From: Microgenomates group bacterium ADurb.Bin219
GTDB lineage: Bacteria > Patescibacteriota > Microgenomatia > UM-FILTER-40-11
Reading direction: 5' to 3'
DNA: 64,000 nucleotides
NCBI GenBank assembly: GCA_002069945.1
Contig: MWCH01000001.1
Span: forward strand, 4,252 to 68,251
Shown here: one piece after another, positions 44,746-54,168 of the stretch
Layout: each line of letters starts with the position of its first letter
Numbering within the stretch: position 1 is the first letter of the stretch
The notes under the pieces: generated by a model
Seen by the model: the letters and a program-made list of their open reading frames with translations, nothing else
The model's database searches: none
Told to the model about the DNA's origin: nothing
Made by a program: the position numbers and the translations under genes

Positions 44746-45333
44746 ATGGTTAAGATTGATCCCCAAACAAATCAGGATTACGAGAATAAAAATTGGCAGA
44801 GGCCAAAGAGTTACAAAAGATTGAGAAGAAACGATCCGACTCCGCCGACCCTAGCCGACCGGGCCGGCCGGGAAGAAGAAATCAGATTGGCGAGGAAGGC
44901 CAGAGTGAAAGAAGCGGAGGGAGAAATAAAAAAACATCTGGCCGTTTTCTTTGGCGGAGAAACGGAGCAAGATCAAGACCGGATAAAAAGATATATAAAT
45001 TGGGTGAAAAATTCGCTTCAACTTGGAGAAGTGCCTCTCAATTTGGAAAATTGTCAGGAAATTAAAATTGATTGCTTTACTTCTTCGGTCAAAGCCGGCG
45101 GCCAACAGCGCCAAAAAAGTCATACGGCCGTCAGGGTAACTCACTTGCCGACAAACATTTTCAGTCAAAACCAGGACGAAAGATTTGCCGATTCAAACAA
45201 AAAAGCAGCCATTGAAACTTTGGCTCAAAAATTGGAAGCCCATCTGGAATTATGGAGAACAATTAAGAGGAATTCTCTTACTCCCGTTAATATTGAAGAA
45301 AGAACTTCTTGTTTGATTCGAAAATCTAATTAA
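44746..45333 (+). CDS. Class-I release-factor-like GGQ-domain protein (ArfB/peptidyl-tRNA hydrolase-like) with an N-terminal extension
   Basis: The segment SSVKAGGQQRQKSHTAVRVTHLPTNI contains GGQ and resembles the RF peptidyl-hydrolase domain. It is preceded by about 110 aa of charged sequence. Confidence 0.55.
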   Translation: MVKIDPQTNQDYENKNWQRPKSYKRLRRNDPTPPTLADRAGREEEIRLARKARVKEAEGEIKKHLAVFFGGETEQDQDRIKRYINWVKNSLQLGEVPLNLENCQEIKIDCFTSSVKAGGQQRQKSHTAVRVTHLPTNIFSQNQDERFADSNKKAAIETLAQKLEAHLELWRTIKRNSLTPVNIEERTSCLIRKSN

Positions 45334-45432
45334 AGCTTGATTTTGGCGGAAGAAATTATTAAATGTCACGCCATTTGAAAATAATTATGCTTGTCGTTGA
45401 CATTTAAAACCTTTCTTCATATCCTTAATTTA

Positions 45433-48400
45433 ATGATGAAAGTAAATCCTTCGTGGAAAAAAAATCGGAGGACTTCGTTTTTCTTGTTTGTTTTGGTTTG
45501 CTTCTCGTTTATATTTTTGACCTCTTTCCTAAAAAAGAAAATTTTTGTTAATTCCGAATATCGTGGAAAAGAGAGTCCGCCTTTAATCCAGACGGAAACC
45601 CGGGTTTTAGGCGAATATTCTTCAACTAGAATTATTGTTTCAGGCGGCGACGGCTATAGCAGCGGCGGCGTGATTTCTCTGGCCTCAACTGATGAGCCGG
45701 CGGTTTATCTTACCAGCTATGGGTTTTCAGGGGAAGCCGAAATTTCTGTTTATAGAGCTGACGAGGAGAATATTTTAGACTATTTACTTCACGATAATGA
45801 GGGCAAGCAACTTAATAATAAGCCGGATTACGACAAATTGAGCTTAATCCAAACCTTTAAGCAAAATATAATCTCTGGTTACGACAGTAAAAATAAAGTT
45901 TTATTACCACTGGAAGAAAATGGAATTTATCTTTTAGTTGTCAAAACCGCCGGGAAGGAAGAATACGCTTTTGTTTTTCGATCTGATTATGGAGTTTTGG
46001 TCAAGCAGGGCAACAAGCGTTTAATTTTTTGGGCCCAAAGTTTTGAAACTAAAAGAAAAATAAGTGGTGGAAAAATCAAAGTTTATAATCTTTCAAGGAA
46101 GAAGACACTTTTAGAGGAAAGTTTGTTTGACGGCGACGGTATCGCCAGCGCTAATTTAAATCCCGATGCCGACTTGGGAATTGTTGAATTTGAAGGAAAA
46201 TTAGCTTTAGTTCCTATAAATTTGCGCTATATGGGTTCTTCCTGGCGCAGATTTTATTCCAAGGAAACAACCCGATATTTTGTCTTTACCGACAGGACCC
46301 TTTATCAGCCGGGGGATAAAGTTTATTTTAAGGCAATTCTCCGGGATGATGATGATGCCCGTTATTCCCTTCCTTCGGGAACAGCCAATGTAAAAATTTA
46401 TAAGGACTGGGATGAAAAAAACAATGTTCTTTTTGAGAAAAACCTTTCGGTTTCCGATAAAGGTTCGGTTTACGGAGAGTATCAACTCCCGAAAGACGTT
46501 ACCCCCGGCGATTATCAATTAAAAGTTGATACCGGCAAAAAAGCTTCGGGAGATTATTATGATTTTTCTGGCGCGAGTTATATTACTTTCCAAGTACAGT
46601 ATTACCGCAAGCCGGAATATTCTTTGGAGATTGAAACAGATCAAAAAGAATTGATTACCGGCGACAGGCTTTATTTTAAGCTGAAAGGAAGTTATTTTTC
46701 CGGCCAACCGGTTTCCGGGCAAACAATTAAATATTCAATTTTTACTTCCGATTTTTATAACTTTGAATATTATTCTGATTACAGTTTTTTGGATGAAGAC
46801 GGACACGATTGGGGATATTACGGTAATCAAAAAATTAAAGAGGACCAGATAGTCTTGGATAAAAAAGGAGAGGCAAAAGTTGAAGTTGAGACCAAGAACT
46901 TGGCCGGCGACGGCAAGGACAAAATTTTTATAATCAGTGCTGAGATGGATAATGGCTCTGGTAATCCCAGCGTTGCCAAAAAGAATGTTTTAGTTTACGC
47001 GGGGGATTTTAATATTTTCCGGAAAAATTATGGCTATCAAAATAAAGTCAACGAAGAACTTTCCCTTCCTTTAGTTTTAAGGCCTCACCAATTTCAGGAT
47101 ATTTCCAACATTTCTTTAAAAGTTAAAGTCCAAAGGAAAGAATGGGTTAAATATTACGTTCAAGACCAAAAACATCCTCAATACCGAGAGGAAAAAGAGG
47201 ATTATCCGGAGATGAACATCGTTTCGGACAGCCGCGGTGAAGCCGAGATTCGTTTTTTGCCAACCAAAGCAGGATCTTATACTTTTTCGATTGAGGGTGT
47301 TGATAAAAAAGGAAACTTAATTGCCAACAGTTTTTATACTTGGGTTACCAATAAGGACTATTCCTTTTATTCGGAGGCGAACCAAAGTAGGTTAACCATT
47401 AAACAAGATAAAGCAAAATACAAACCTAACGAGAAGGTAAAGCTGGCTATTTTTTCCGAGATTCCCGACAGAGATATCTTTTTATCATTTGAAAGAGGCA
47501 GATTGGACCGCTTCCAAATCATTTCTTTAACCGGCACTAGCGTGGTTTTAGAATCATCTATAAACAGCACAGATTTGCCCAATATTTACGCTGTGGCGAG
47601 CAGTTTTTCCGATTCTTCGTTGGAATCCGCCAATACCAATATTTTGGTTTCAGCAGAAGAGAAAAAAATTAAAGTTGAGCTGACTCCGGATAGAAAAGAA
47701 TACGGTCCGGGAGAAACAGTGGTTCTTAACGTACAGACCAAAGATATTGGCGGTAATCCGGTGGCGGCCGAAGTGGCGGTTTGGGCAATTGATAAGGCCC
47801 TTTTCGAGCTTTTGAATCAGGAGCCGGCAAAAATCTTTGAAAGGTTTTGGGGCGAACGGGGGTATAACTCGCCCACTTCTCACTCTTTGGTGGGGATTGT
47901 TGTTCCCGGCGCGGAAGGTGGAGGCTGCTTTGATGGCGAAACCCCGATTCTTTTGGAGAATGGCAAGGAAAAGAAAATCAGCGAGATTGCGGTTGGTGAG
48001 AATATTTTAACTAGAGATAATAACAATCAAAAATCGGTTAAGGCCAAGGTAAAGGCAATTCACAAGACAAATGTTTCCGGTTACTTAATCATTAATGGGA
48101 ATCTCAAGGTAACCGAAAATCATTATCTGAGAGTTAATGATGATTGGCGGGAAGCTGGCAGCATTCAAAAGGGAGACTGGTTAACGGATATCGGTGGCCA
48201 AAAAACAGTGGTAAGATCCCTGGAATATATTAGGGGAAAATTTATGGTTTATAACTTAGAAATTGAGAAATATCATACCTATTTTGCGGGAGGGGTCTGG
48301 GTTCATAATCAAAAAGGAGATGGAGAGGGCAGAACGGTTTTTAAAGACGCCGCCTATTGGAATCCGACAGTGCAAACAGACAGCTCGGGATTAGCTAAAT

Positions 48401-50514
48401 TAACATTTAAACTTCCAGATAATTTAACTACCTGGGTTATTTCCGGCATTGCTGCTTCTAACGATACCAAGGTCGGTCAGCAGACAACCGAAATTGTCGT
48501 TTCCAAAGATGTTATTGTCCGGCCAATTTTGCCCAATATTGTTCGGCTGGGCGATCGGCTATCGGTTTCCGCTTTAGTTCAGAACTTTACCCAAAGTGAA
48601 CGAAATTTTTTGGTTAATTTAAATTTTGGCGCTGGAGACATTGAAGAGCCAAAAGAAGGCAGTCTTTTGGTTCCGGCTTCCGAGACGCAAACCGTTTCTT
48701 GGTGGATTAATCCAAAAAAAGAAAACGAAGCGGCGGAAATGACCTTTTCGGCGGTAGCCAAAGAAGACGCGAAAGACGAAGATAAATTAACCCTGACTCT
48801 TCCGGTAATGAAGTATGGCTTTAAGGAAAAACGGGCGATGATAGGAGAAGGCAACAAAGATTTCCGCCTTAATCTCTCGCCCGATGTCGACAAAGAAAAA
48901 AGCAAAGTTACTTTATCCCTATCGCCTTCTTTGCACGGATCTTTACTTCCGGCGATGAAATACTTAATTTATTATCCTTACGGCTGTGTTGAACAGATAA
49001 CCAGTACTTTTGTTCCGGCGGTTATTGCCAAGGAAAAGCCGGATTTATTTAAAGGTTATTTAGAAAACGAAGATATTGATAAAAACATTAAGGCAGCGAT
49101 TACTAAGCTGCAAAAAATGCAAAAAATTGATGGCAGTTTTGGTTGGTGGGGGAATCGGGAAAGTTCGGCTTTTGTAACCGCTTACGTGGTTGAATATTTA
49201 AGTCGTGCTCAGAAATTGGGTTTTGATGATCGTGGAATTTTGGGCCGGGCAAAAAATTATTTAATATCGAAAGAGAAAAATTCCACTGACAGTGTTAGCT
49301 TGAGTTATGGCCTAAGCTTTTTAGGGGAAAACAAAGAATTATTATTTGATCTAAATAGGGTCGATTTACCTGCTGATATTTTAGCTTTGGCGGTGATGAG
49401 TAATATTCGCAACGGCAGAACCAACCCGGAAACCAATGGCTTAAATGTTTTAATTTCCTTGGCTAAAGAGCAAGGAGAAGGAATTTATTGGGATTCAGGA
49501 AATAAAGAAACCTTCGGTTCAAACGAAGCTTCAACTGCCCTGGCCGCCCGGGCCTTGATGGTTGCGGGAGCGGATAGAAATTTAGTTACAAAAGCAATCA
49601 GATTTTTACTAAGATCAAGGAAGTTTGATTATTGGGCAAATTCTTTTGCTACGGCCCAGATAGTTCAGTTAATTTCTGATTATGCCACTTCAACCAACGA
49701 AAGTACACCAGAATATTCCTACAGCGTTTCTTTGGATGGAGAGATTATTAAATCGGGTAAAGTTCAGAGTACTCGGGATATTATTAAAGATATTATTATC
49801 TCCGCTTCAAAAATAAAATCCGACGGATCCAATCTTTCCGTTTCCCGGGTAGGTGAAGGCCAGATTTATTCTACGCTACTTGTTGACGAGTGGCACACGG
49901 ATGAGAATGCCGTCTCTCAAAGCAATGGTTTAACCATTAAAAGGGAATATTTGGATAAGAACGGCGATATTTATAAAACTGTAGGGATAGGTGACGAAGT
50001 AACCGTGAGATTGACGGTTTCCGGACTTTCGTCCCCCGAATATTATGGTGTTTTAACCGACGAGCTGCCGGCCGGATTAATTCCGATAAATGACAGTTTT
50101 CTTAACGAACAATATCCCCAATCAAGGAGTTGGTATGCTTATTATGATATGGATACCCAGGTGACAAAAAACGGTGCAGTTTTAAGCCTTTATCGCGTTG
50201 AGCAGGGTTCAAGTGTTTATACGTACCGGGCTCGGGCAGTAGCGGCCGGCAAATTTTTGGTTCCGCCGGCAGAAGCCTCTTTGATGTATTCTCCAGAAAT
50301 TTGGGGAAGGACCGAAGCTGGCAAATTGGAGATTACCGACGTCGGTTCGGTTTATCCCAAGCCTCTTCTCCCCGGAGAAAAATTAGCCGCTAAAAGTCGT
50401 TTTTATCTTTCGACAATTGCGATGGTTTTAATTATTTTCGCCGGCTCAGTTTTGGCCGTTATTCTTAAAAAAAGAAAGCAGCTTCCGCCCCCGCTCCCGC
50501 CAACTGCGGTATGA
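45433..50514 (+). CDS. Bacterial alpha-2-macroglobulin-like large surface protein, N- and C-terminally membrane-anchored, containing an embedded Hint domain
   Basis: The product is about 1690 aa. It has repeated MG-like beta-sandwich segments, the thioester motif YPYGCVEQ and a C-terminal alpha-helical/receptor-binding-like region. A transmembrane segment sits near each terminus. The probable ATG is at 45433; the track ORF begins at a TTG at 45391. Confidence 0.7.
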   Translation: MMKVNPSWKKNRRTSFFLFVLVCFSFIFLTSFLKKKIFVNSEYRGKESPPLIQTETRVLGEYSSTRIIVSGGDGYSSGGVISLASTDEPAVYLTSYGFSGEAEISVYRADEENILDYLLHDNEGKQLNNKPDYDKLSLIQTFKQNIISGYDSKNKVLLPLEENGIYLLVVKTAGKEEYAFVFRSDYGVLVKQGNKRLIFWAQSFETKRKISGGKIKVYNLSRKKTLLEESLFDGDGIASANLNPDADLGIVEFEGKLALVPINLRYMGSSWRRFYSKETTRYFVFTDRTLYQPGDKVYFKAILRDDDDARYSLPSGTANVKIYKDWDEKNNVLFEKNLSVSDKGSVYGEYQLPKDVTPGDYQLKVDTGKKASGDYYDFSGASYITFQVQYYRKPEYSLEIETDQKELITGDRLYFKLKGSYFSGQPVSGQTIKYSIFTSDFYNFEYYSDYSFLDEDGHDWGYYGNQKIKEDQIVLDKKGEAKVEVETKNLAGDGKDKIFIISAEMDNGSGNPSVAKKNVLVYAGDFNIFRKNYGYQNKVNEELSLPLVLRPHQFQDISNISLKVKVQRKEWVKYYVQDQKHPQYREEKEDYPEMNIVSDSRGEAEIRFLPTKAGSYTFSIEGVDKKGNLIANSFYTWVTNKDYSFYSEANQSRLTIKQDKAKYKPNEKVKLAIFSEIPDRDIFLSFERGRLDRFQIISLTGTSVVLESSINSTDLPNIYAVASSFSDSSLESANTNILVSAEEKKIKVELTPDRKEYGPGETVVLNVQTKDIGGNPVAAEVAVWAIDKALFELLNQEPAKIFERFWGERGYNSPTSHSLVGIVVPGAEGGGCFDGETPILLENGKEKKISEIAVGENILTRDNNNQKSVKAKVKAIHKTNVSGYLIINGNLKVTENHYLRVNDDWREAGSIQKGDWLTDIGGQKTVVRSLEYIRGKFMVYNLEIEKYHTYFAGGVWVHNQKGDGEGRTVFKDAAYWNPTVQTDSSGLAKLTFKLPDNLTTWVISGIAASNDTKVGQQTTEIVVSKDVIVRPILPNIVRLGDRLSVSALVQNFTQSERNFLVNLNFGAGDIEEPKEGSLLVPASETQTVSWWINPKKENEAAEMTFSAVAKEDAKDEDKLTLTLPVMKYGFKEKRAMIGEGNKDFRLNLSPDVDKEKSKVTLSLSPSLHGSLLPAMKYLIYYPYGCVEQITSTFVPAVIAKEKPDLFKGYLENEDIDKNIKAAITKLQKMQKIDGSFGWWGNRESSAFVTAYVVEYLSRAQKLGFDDRGILGRAKNYLISKEKNSTDSVSLSYGLSFLGENKELLFDLNRVDLPADILALAVMSNIRNGRTNPETNGLNVLISLAKEQGEGIYWDSGNKETFGSNEASTALAARALMVAGADRNLVTKAIRFLLRSRKFDYWANSFATAQIVQLISDYATSTNESTPEYSYSVSLDGEIIKSGKVQSTRDIIKDIIISASKIKSDGSNLSVSRVGEGQIYSTLLVDEWHTDENAVSQSNGLTIKREYLDKNGDIYKTVGIGDEVTVRLTVSGLSSPEYYGVLTDELPAGLIPINDSFLNEQYPQSRSWYAYYDMDTQVTKNGAVLSLYRVEQGSSVYTYRARAVAAGKFLVPPAEASLMYSPEIWGRTEAGKLEITDVGSVYPKPLLPGEKLAAKSRFYLSTIAMVLIIFAGSVLAVILKKRKQLPPPLPPTAV
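47926..48309 (+). other. Hint (intein/BIL-like) mini-domain of 128 aa inserted in the A2M-like protein
   Basis: It starts CFDGETPILLENGKEKKISEI (block A with Cys1) and has an internal TxxH-like NHYL. It ends YNLEIEKYHTYFAGGVWVHN with a terminal His-Asn. The next residue is Gln rather than Cys, Ser or Thr. Confidence 0.6.
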
Positions 50515-51287
50515 AAAAAAAATTAGTTTTGCTTCTTTCGGCTATTTTATTAGGGTTATCTTTTGTTTTTTTCACTCCGAAATCATCAGAAGCGCCAATG
50601 CCGGTAATTGTCGGCGGGATTATCCCTCATCATTTATTGGCAGAGTTTATTATTGATGATTTTTTTGTCCGATTGAAAAAACAAAATCCGGAATCAATTA
50701 TCCTTATCGGCCCCAATCATGAAGAAAAAGGAGGCAATGTTTTAAGTGCTGAAATTGACTGGGAAACTGAATTCGGCCAATTGAAAAGAGACCAATACTT
50801 GATTGATAGGTTAAAGAAGGGTAATTTTCTTAATATTGACGAAAAGATTCTTAAGGAAGAGCATTCGATTATCGATATTCTTCCTTTTATTAAAAAAAAC
50901 CTGCCTTCGGTTAAAATTACCCCCTTGATATTTAGAGGCGTTTTAAGGCTTTCGGAATTAAAGAAAATCGCGATCAATTTAGCTCAGGAGCTGGACGAAA
51001 AAACTATTATTATCGGGTCAGTTGACTTTTCTCACTATTTAAGCGCTCAGGAGGCCAAATTAAAAGACGAAGAAACAATTGAGGCAATTAAAAATTTTGA
51101 TTTGGAAAGGATATATTCTTTTGGTAATGATCACCTGGATTCACCGGCTTCTTTAATCATTGTCCTTTTGGCCTCGAGAATAAAAGGAAAAGATAATTTG
51201 AAAATTTTAAATCACACTAATTCGGGAATAATTACCAAAAACAGCTTTCCGCCAACGACAAGCTATTTCTCCATTACTTTCAATTAA
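50511..51287 (+). CDS. MEMO1/AmmeMemoRadiSam-system-protein-B-like protein with a signal peptide
   Basis: The segment VIVGGIIPHHLLAEF resembles the Memo His-rich active-site region. Its ATG overlaps the A2M stop codon (ATGA). Confidence 0.5.
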   Translation: MKKKLVLLLSAILLGLSFVFFTPKSSEAPMPVIVGGIIPHHLLAEFIIDDFFVRLKKQNPESIILIGPNHEEKGGNVLSAEIDWETEFGQLKRDQYLIDRLKKGNFLNIDEKILKEEHSIIDILPFIKKNLPSVKITPLIFRGVLRLSELKKIAINLAQELDEKTIIIGSVDFSHYLSAQEAKLKDEETIEAIKNFDLERIYSFGNDHLDSPASLIIVLLASRIKGKDNLKILNHTNSGIITKNSFPPTTSYFSITFN

Positions 51288-51507
51288 TCCTTTTATTATT
51301 TCTGAAAAAGCCGCCGAGGACATCACGGAAATCTAAGCCAAAATAGCTTAAGGTCGAAAGAAGGAGAAAGGTGGCGGTCGCTTCGTCAAGGTTGCCGATA
51401 AAAGGGAAATTATCCTGAATTATTTCAAAAATACCCATTCCCGGATTAATTAAGTAAACGGCTGAGATAAAGCCAATAAGAGCAACCCAGATTTTTTTTG
51501 TTTTCAT
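51280..51507 (-). CDS. Hypothetical small membrane protein
   Basis: The 75-aa product has two hydrophobic helices. There is no other support. Confidence 0.3.
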   Translation of the reverse strand: MKTKKIWVALIGFISAVYLINPGMGIFEIIQDNFPFIGNLDEATATFLLLSTLSYFGLDFRDVLGGFFRNNKRIN

Positions 51508-51520
51508 TTGAACTCCCTAT

Positions 51521-51877
51521 TCATTCATTATATTCTTCATAAGCTTCGGGTGGAAGGAAATAGGATAATTTCCCCTGTCTTTTTTCCGGTTTTTCGTTAA
51601 TCGCCAAAATTTCTTCCATTTTTTTTGAGGATTCGTCGGAAACAACCGAAACGTGGTGGCCGGAACTGAAAAAATTAGCGTGGTCTTGGGCGCGAAATTC
51701 GGCCACCTTTTTCGTAATAAAGTTTTGGCTTTCGGCAGTATAAAGAATTGTTCTACAGGTATGACAGACGACAATTAACTCACTCTTTTCTTCTACTGCC
51801 AAAACGGAAACTTTCCCTAAGGGCTTGCCGGTTTCGGTTTCCTTGTTCATTGGTCTTATTATACTTGTAGTTAACAA
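51521..51877 (-). CDS. Hypothetical protein
   Basis: The 118-aa ORF lies directly downstream of the HAD gene on the same strand. I recognised no motifs. Confidence 0.35.
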   Translation of the reverse strand: MLTTSIIRPMNKETETGKPLGKVSVLAVEEKSELIVVCHTCRTILYTAESQNFITKKVAEFRAQDHANFFSSGHHVSVVSDESSKKMEEILAINEKPEKRQGKLSYFLPPEAYEEYNE

Positions 51878-52671
51878 GACAGGTTGGATTTTAACAGCGA
51901 ATCTACCAGCTGATCGATTTTGGGAACAAAAACGGTATTGGCCGGCATTGCTCCGCCGCCTTCACGGTAAACAACCCAATTGCTTGGGATAAGGGCTTTG
52001 TAACGAATACCGGCTTCGTCGGCGGCCATAATATCTCCCCGAAGATTATCCCCGATAACCAGGGTTTCCGCCGGTTTGATTCCCGGAAAAGAGTTGACTG
52101 CCGCCAGCCAGTCTCCGCTGTTTTTAACGCCGTCTTCGTCGGCAACCCAAAAGTGGTTGAAGAATCTTTTTAAATCCAATTCCCGGATTTTTAAATTACT
52201 CCAGGTTAAGTTTCCGTGGGTAACCAGGCCCATTTCCGTACCGGTTGTTTTTAACACAGACAAAGTTTCTTCGGCGCCGGGATGAAAATCGGGCACCGTT
52301 TTGTAAATTTCCAGCAATATCGGCAATCCTTCTTCAAAAGCGGCGGAAATTTCCTTTTCCCGGCCGGGTTGATAAGCGGCGGCCAGTTTTTTGCCGAGTT
52401 CCAGGTATCTGACCGGATTGACAAAATGGGTATAAAAAACATCAATATCCAGCCGGTGAAAAATTTCGGTAAATTGAGTTAACTCATCGGTTGAAAAAGA
52501 GAGTCTTTGTCCGACTAAGGCGAAGAAATCACCATATCTTCTGTTAAAGTGGTTGTTGGTATCGATCAAGGTATCATCAAGATCGAACAATATCAGTTTA
52601 ATTCCCCTTTTATCCAGCCATTTTTTTAAATCTTCCGGCCGGTTTGTCTCAGGAGATATCGCTTCTTTCAT
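51871..52671 (-). CDS. HAD-superfamily hydrolase (phosphatase)
   Basis: With the start at the internal ATG, the sequence reads MKEAIS ... ILFDLDDTLIDT, the DxD nucleophile motif. The C-terminal motif is GDNLRGDIMAADEAG. The 5' part of the track ORF is probably not translated. Confidence 0.65.
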   Translation of the reverse strand: MKEAISPETNRPEDLKKWLDKRGIKLILFDLDDTLIDTNNHFNRRYGDFFALVGQRLSFSTDELTQFTEIFHRLDIDVFYTHFVNPVRYLELGKKLAAAYQPGREKEISAAFEEGLPILLEIYKTVPDFHPGAEETLSVLKTTGTEMGLVTHGNLTWSNLKIRELDLKRFFNHFWVADEDGVKNSGDWLAAVNSFPGIKPAETLVIGDNLRGDIMAADEAGIRYKALIPSNWVVYREGGGAMPANTVFVPKIDQLVDSLLKSNLSC

Positions 52672-52752
52672 TTGGGAGTAATTATAAAGGATATTTTTTA
52701 AAAAGCCAGGCGGCATATTTGTCAAAACGGAATTTAGGGATATAATAAAAAT

Positions 52753-53061
52753 ATGAATGCCAGTCCCGAGATTCATTCTTCCGGTAGCTTCAAAGAAAAG
52801 GAAAAAGATCCGCTTTACTGTTTTCCGAAAGAAACAGCAGTCTGGCCGGATCATTGGGGTAGCGTTTGTTGGATAGTTAAAGAGGAGGAAGGTTTATTGG
52901 CAGTAAAAGCCGAAGGAAAATCAATTTCCGGTCTTGGAGGATGGATAGTTGTTGAAAGAAACGCGACCCTTTATCGGGACAATAAATTTAGAGAGTTGGC
53001 AGTCGGCAAGTGTTTCGGCGCTTATGCCAACAGCGCTCGTCGGGCAAAAAAAAGAGGATAA
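52753..53061 (+). CDS. Hypothetical small protein
   Basis: This 102-aa ORF occupies an otherwise roughly 490-nt gap. It has no recognisable motif and no clear RBS. Confidence 0.25.
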   Translation: MNASPEIHSSGSFKEKEKDPLYCFPKETAVWPDHWGSVCWIVKEEEGLLAVKAEGKSISGLGGWIVVERNATLYRDNKFRELAVGKCFGAYANSARRAKKRG

Positions 53062-53162
53062 AAAGGAAAAGAATCAGATAACAAAAGAGAGAAAACCCAA
53101 AAAGGAAACGATAGTTCAAAAATCTTTATTTACTATTCCTTAACCATAATTAAAAATCGCAA

Positions 53163-53816
53163 ATGGCGGAAAGTCTTTTTGAAGGCGTTATCAAAGCCAA
53201 AATAATTGAGGTCAGGTTTGCGGTTGCCGGCCGGCTGTCGTTAATTAACCGGAAAAAAGGCGATTCCGTTAAAAAAGGCGAGTTATTGGCTTCTTTGGAT
53301 AAAAAAATAAGCCAAACCCAATTGGATAAGGAATTGGCGGATTTTGAAAAAGCCCGGGCGGAATTTGAAATCTTCAATATCAAAAAAGGCGAGCCCCAGG
53401 ACGAAATCGGCAAGTATTTAAAAAAACAAGTCCAGGCGGATTTGGACACGGCGGTTAAGGCGGTTGAATTGGCCAAAGCGCAATTGGACCAACTGGACTT
53501 GTTCTCTCCGGCGGAAGGAATTGTTTTGGAAGACAGCAATCTGACGCCGGGGATTTATTTAACGCCGGCATCGTCACCCTTTTCCGTTTTGGATACCGGT
53601 TCTTTCTATTTTGAATTTGAAGTCAACCAGGCGGATTTAATTTTTTTCCGGGATCCCAGACAAATAACCGTTAAATTAAGCGGCGTTGAAAAAGTTATTG
53701 CCGGCCAAACCCGGCCGGTTATTTCTTCGGCCAAGGGCAAGCTTTCAATTATCGCCGATCTCCAGGACAGAAGCGGCTTGATTTTGGGATTGACGGGAGA
53801 AGGTATCGTCGGTTAA
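53163..53816 (+). CDS. HlyD/membrane-fusion-protein-like (biotin-lipoyl-like plus beta-barrel) protein without an obvious signal or anchor
   Basis: It begins VIKAKIIEVRFAVAGRLSLINRKKGDSVKKGELLASLD, resembling the lipoyl-like hairpin of periplasmic adaptors. A coiled-coil segment and C-terminal beta-strands follow. Confidence 0.4.
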   Translation: MAESLFEGVIKAKIIEVRFAVAGRLSLINRKKGDSVKKGELLASLDKKISQTQLDKELADFEKARAEFEIFNIKKGEPQDEIGKYLKKQVQADLDTAVKAVELAKAQLDQLDLFSPAEGIVLEDSNLTPGIYLTPASSPFSVLDTGSFYFEFEVNQADLIFFRDPRQITVKLSGVEKVIAGQTRPVISSAKGKLSIIADLQDRSGLILGLTGEGIVG

Positions 53817-53832
53817 GGTTGGAAAGAAAAAG

Positions 53833-54168
53833 ATGAAAAGCACAATTTTACGAAAAAAGATTAAGGCGGAGGGAATAAAATTTTGGGTAAATAACGGCAA
53901 AGAAGAAGTCGGCCGGGCCTTTCTTTATCTTTTAAAAAACGATTTACACAGCGAACCTTTCGGATTATTGGAAGACGTTTTTGTTAAGGAAGAAGAGCAG
54001 AAAAGAGGAATCGGCACCAAATTGGTTGAGGAAGTAATTAAAGAAGCAAAAAAAAGAAAATGTTACAAATTAATCGCGACCAGCCGCTATTCCCGGCCCC
54101 AAGTTCATAAATGGTATAAAAAACTAGGTTTCAAAGACAGGGGAATTGAATTCAGGAAAGATTTTTAA
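53833..54168 (+). CDS. GNAT-family N-acetyltransferase
   Basis: The acetyl-CoA binding motif is EQKRGIGTKLVEEVIKEAKKRKCYKLIA (Q/RxxGxG/A). Confidence 0.7.
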   Translation: MKSTILRKKIKAEGIKFWVNNGKEEVGRAFLYLLKNDLHSEPFGLLEDVFVKEEEQKRGIGTKLVEEVIKEAKKRKCYKLIATSRYSRPQVHKWYKKLGFKDRGIEFRKDF

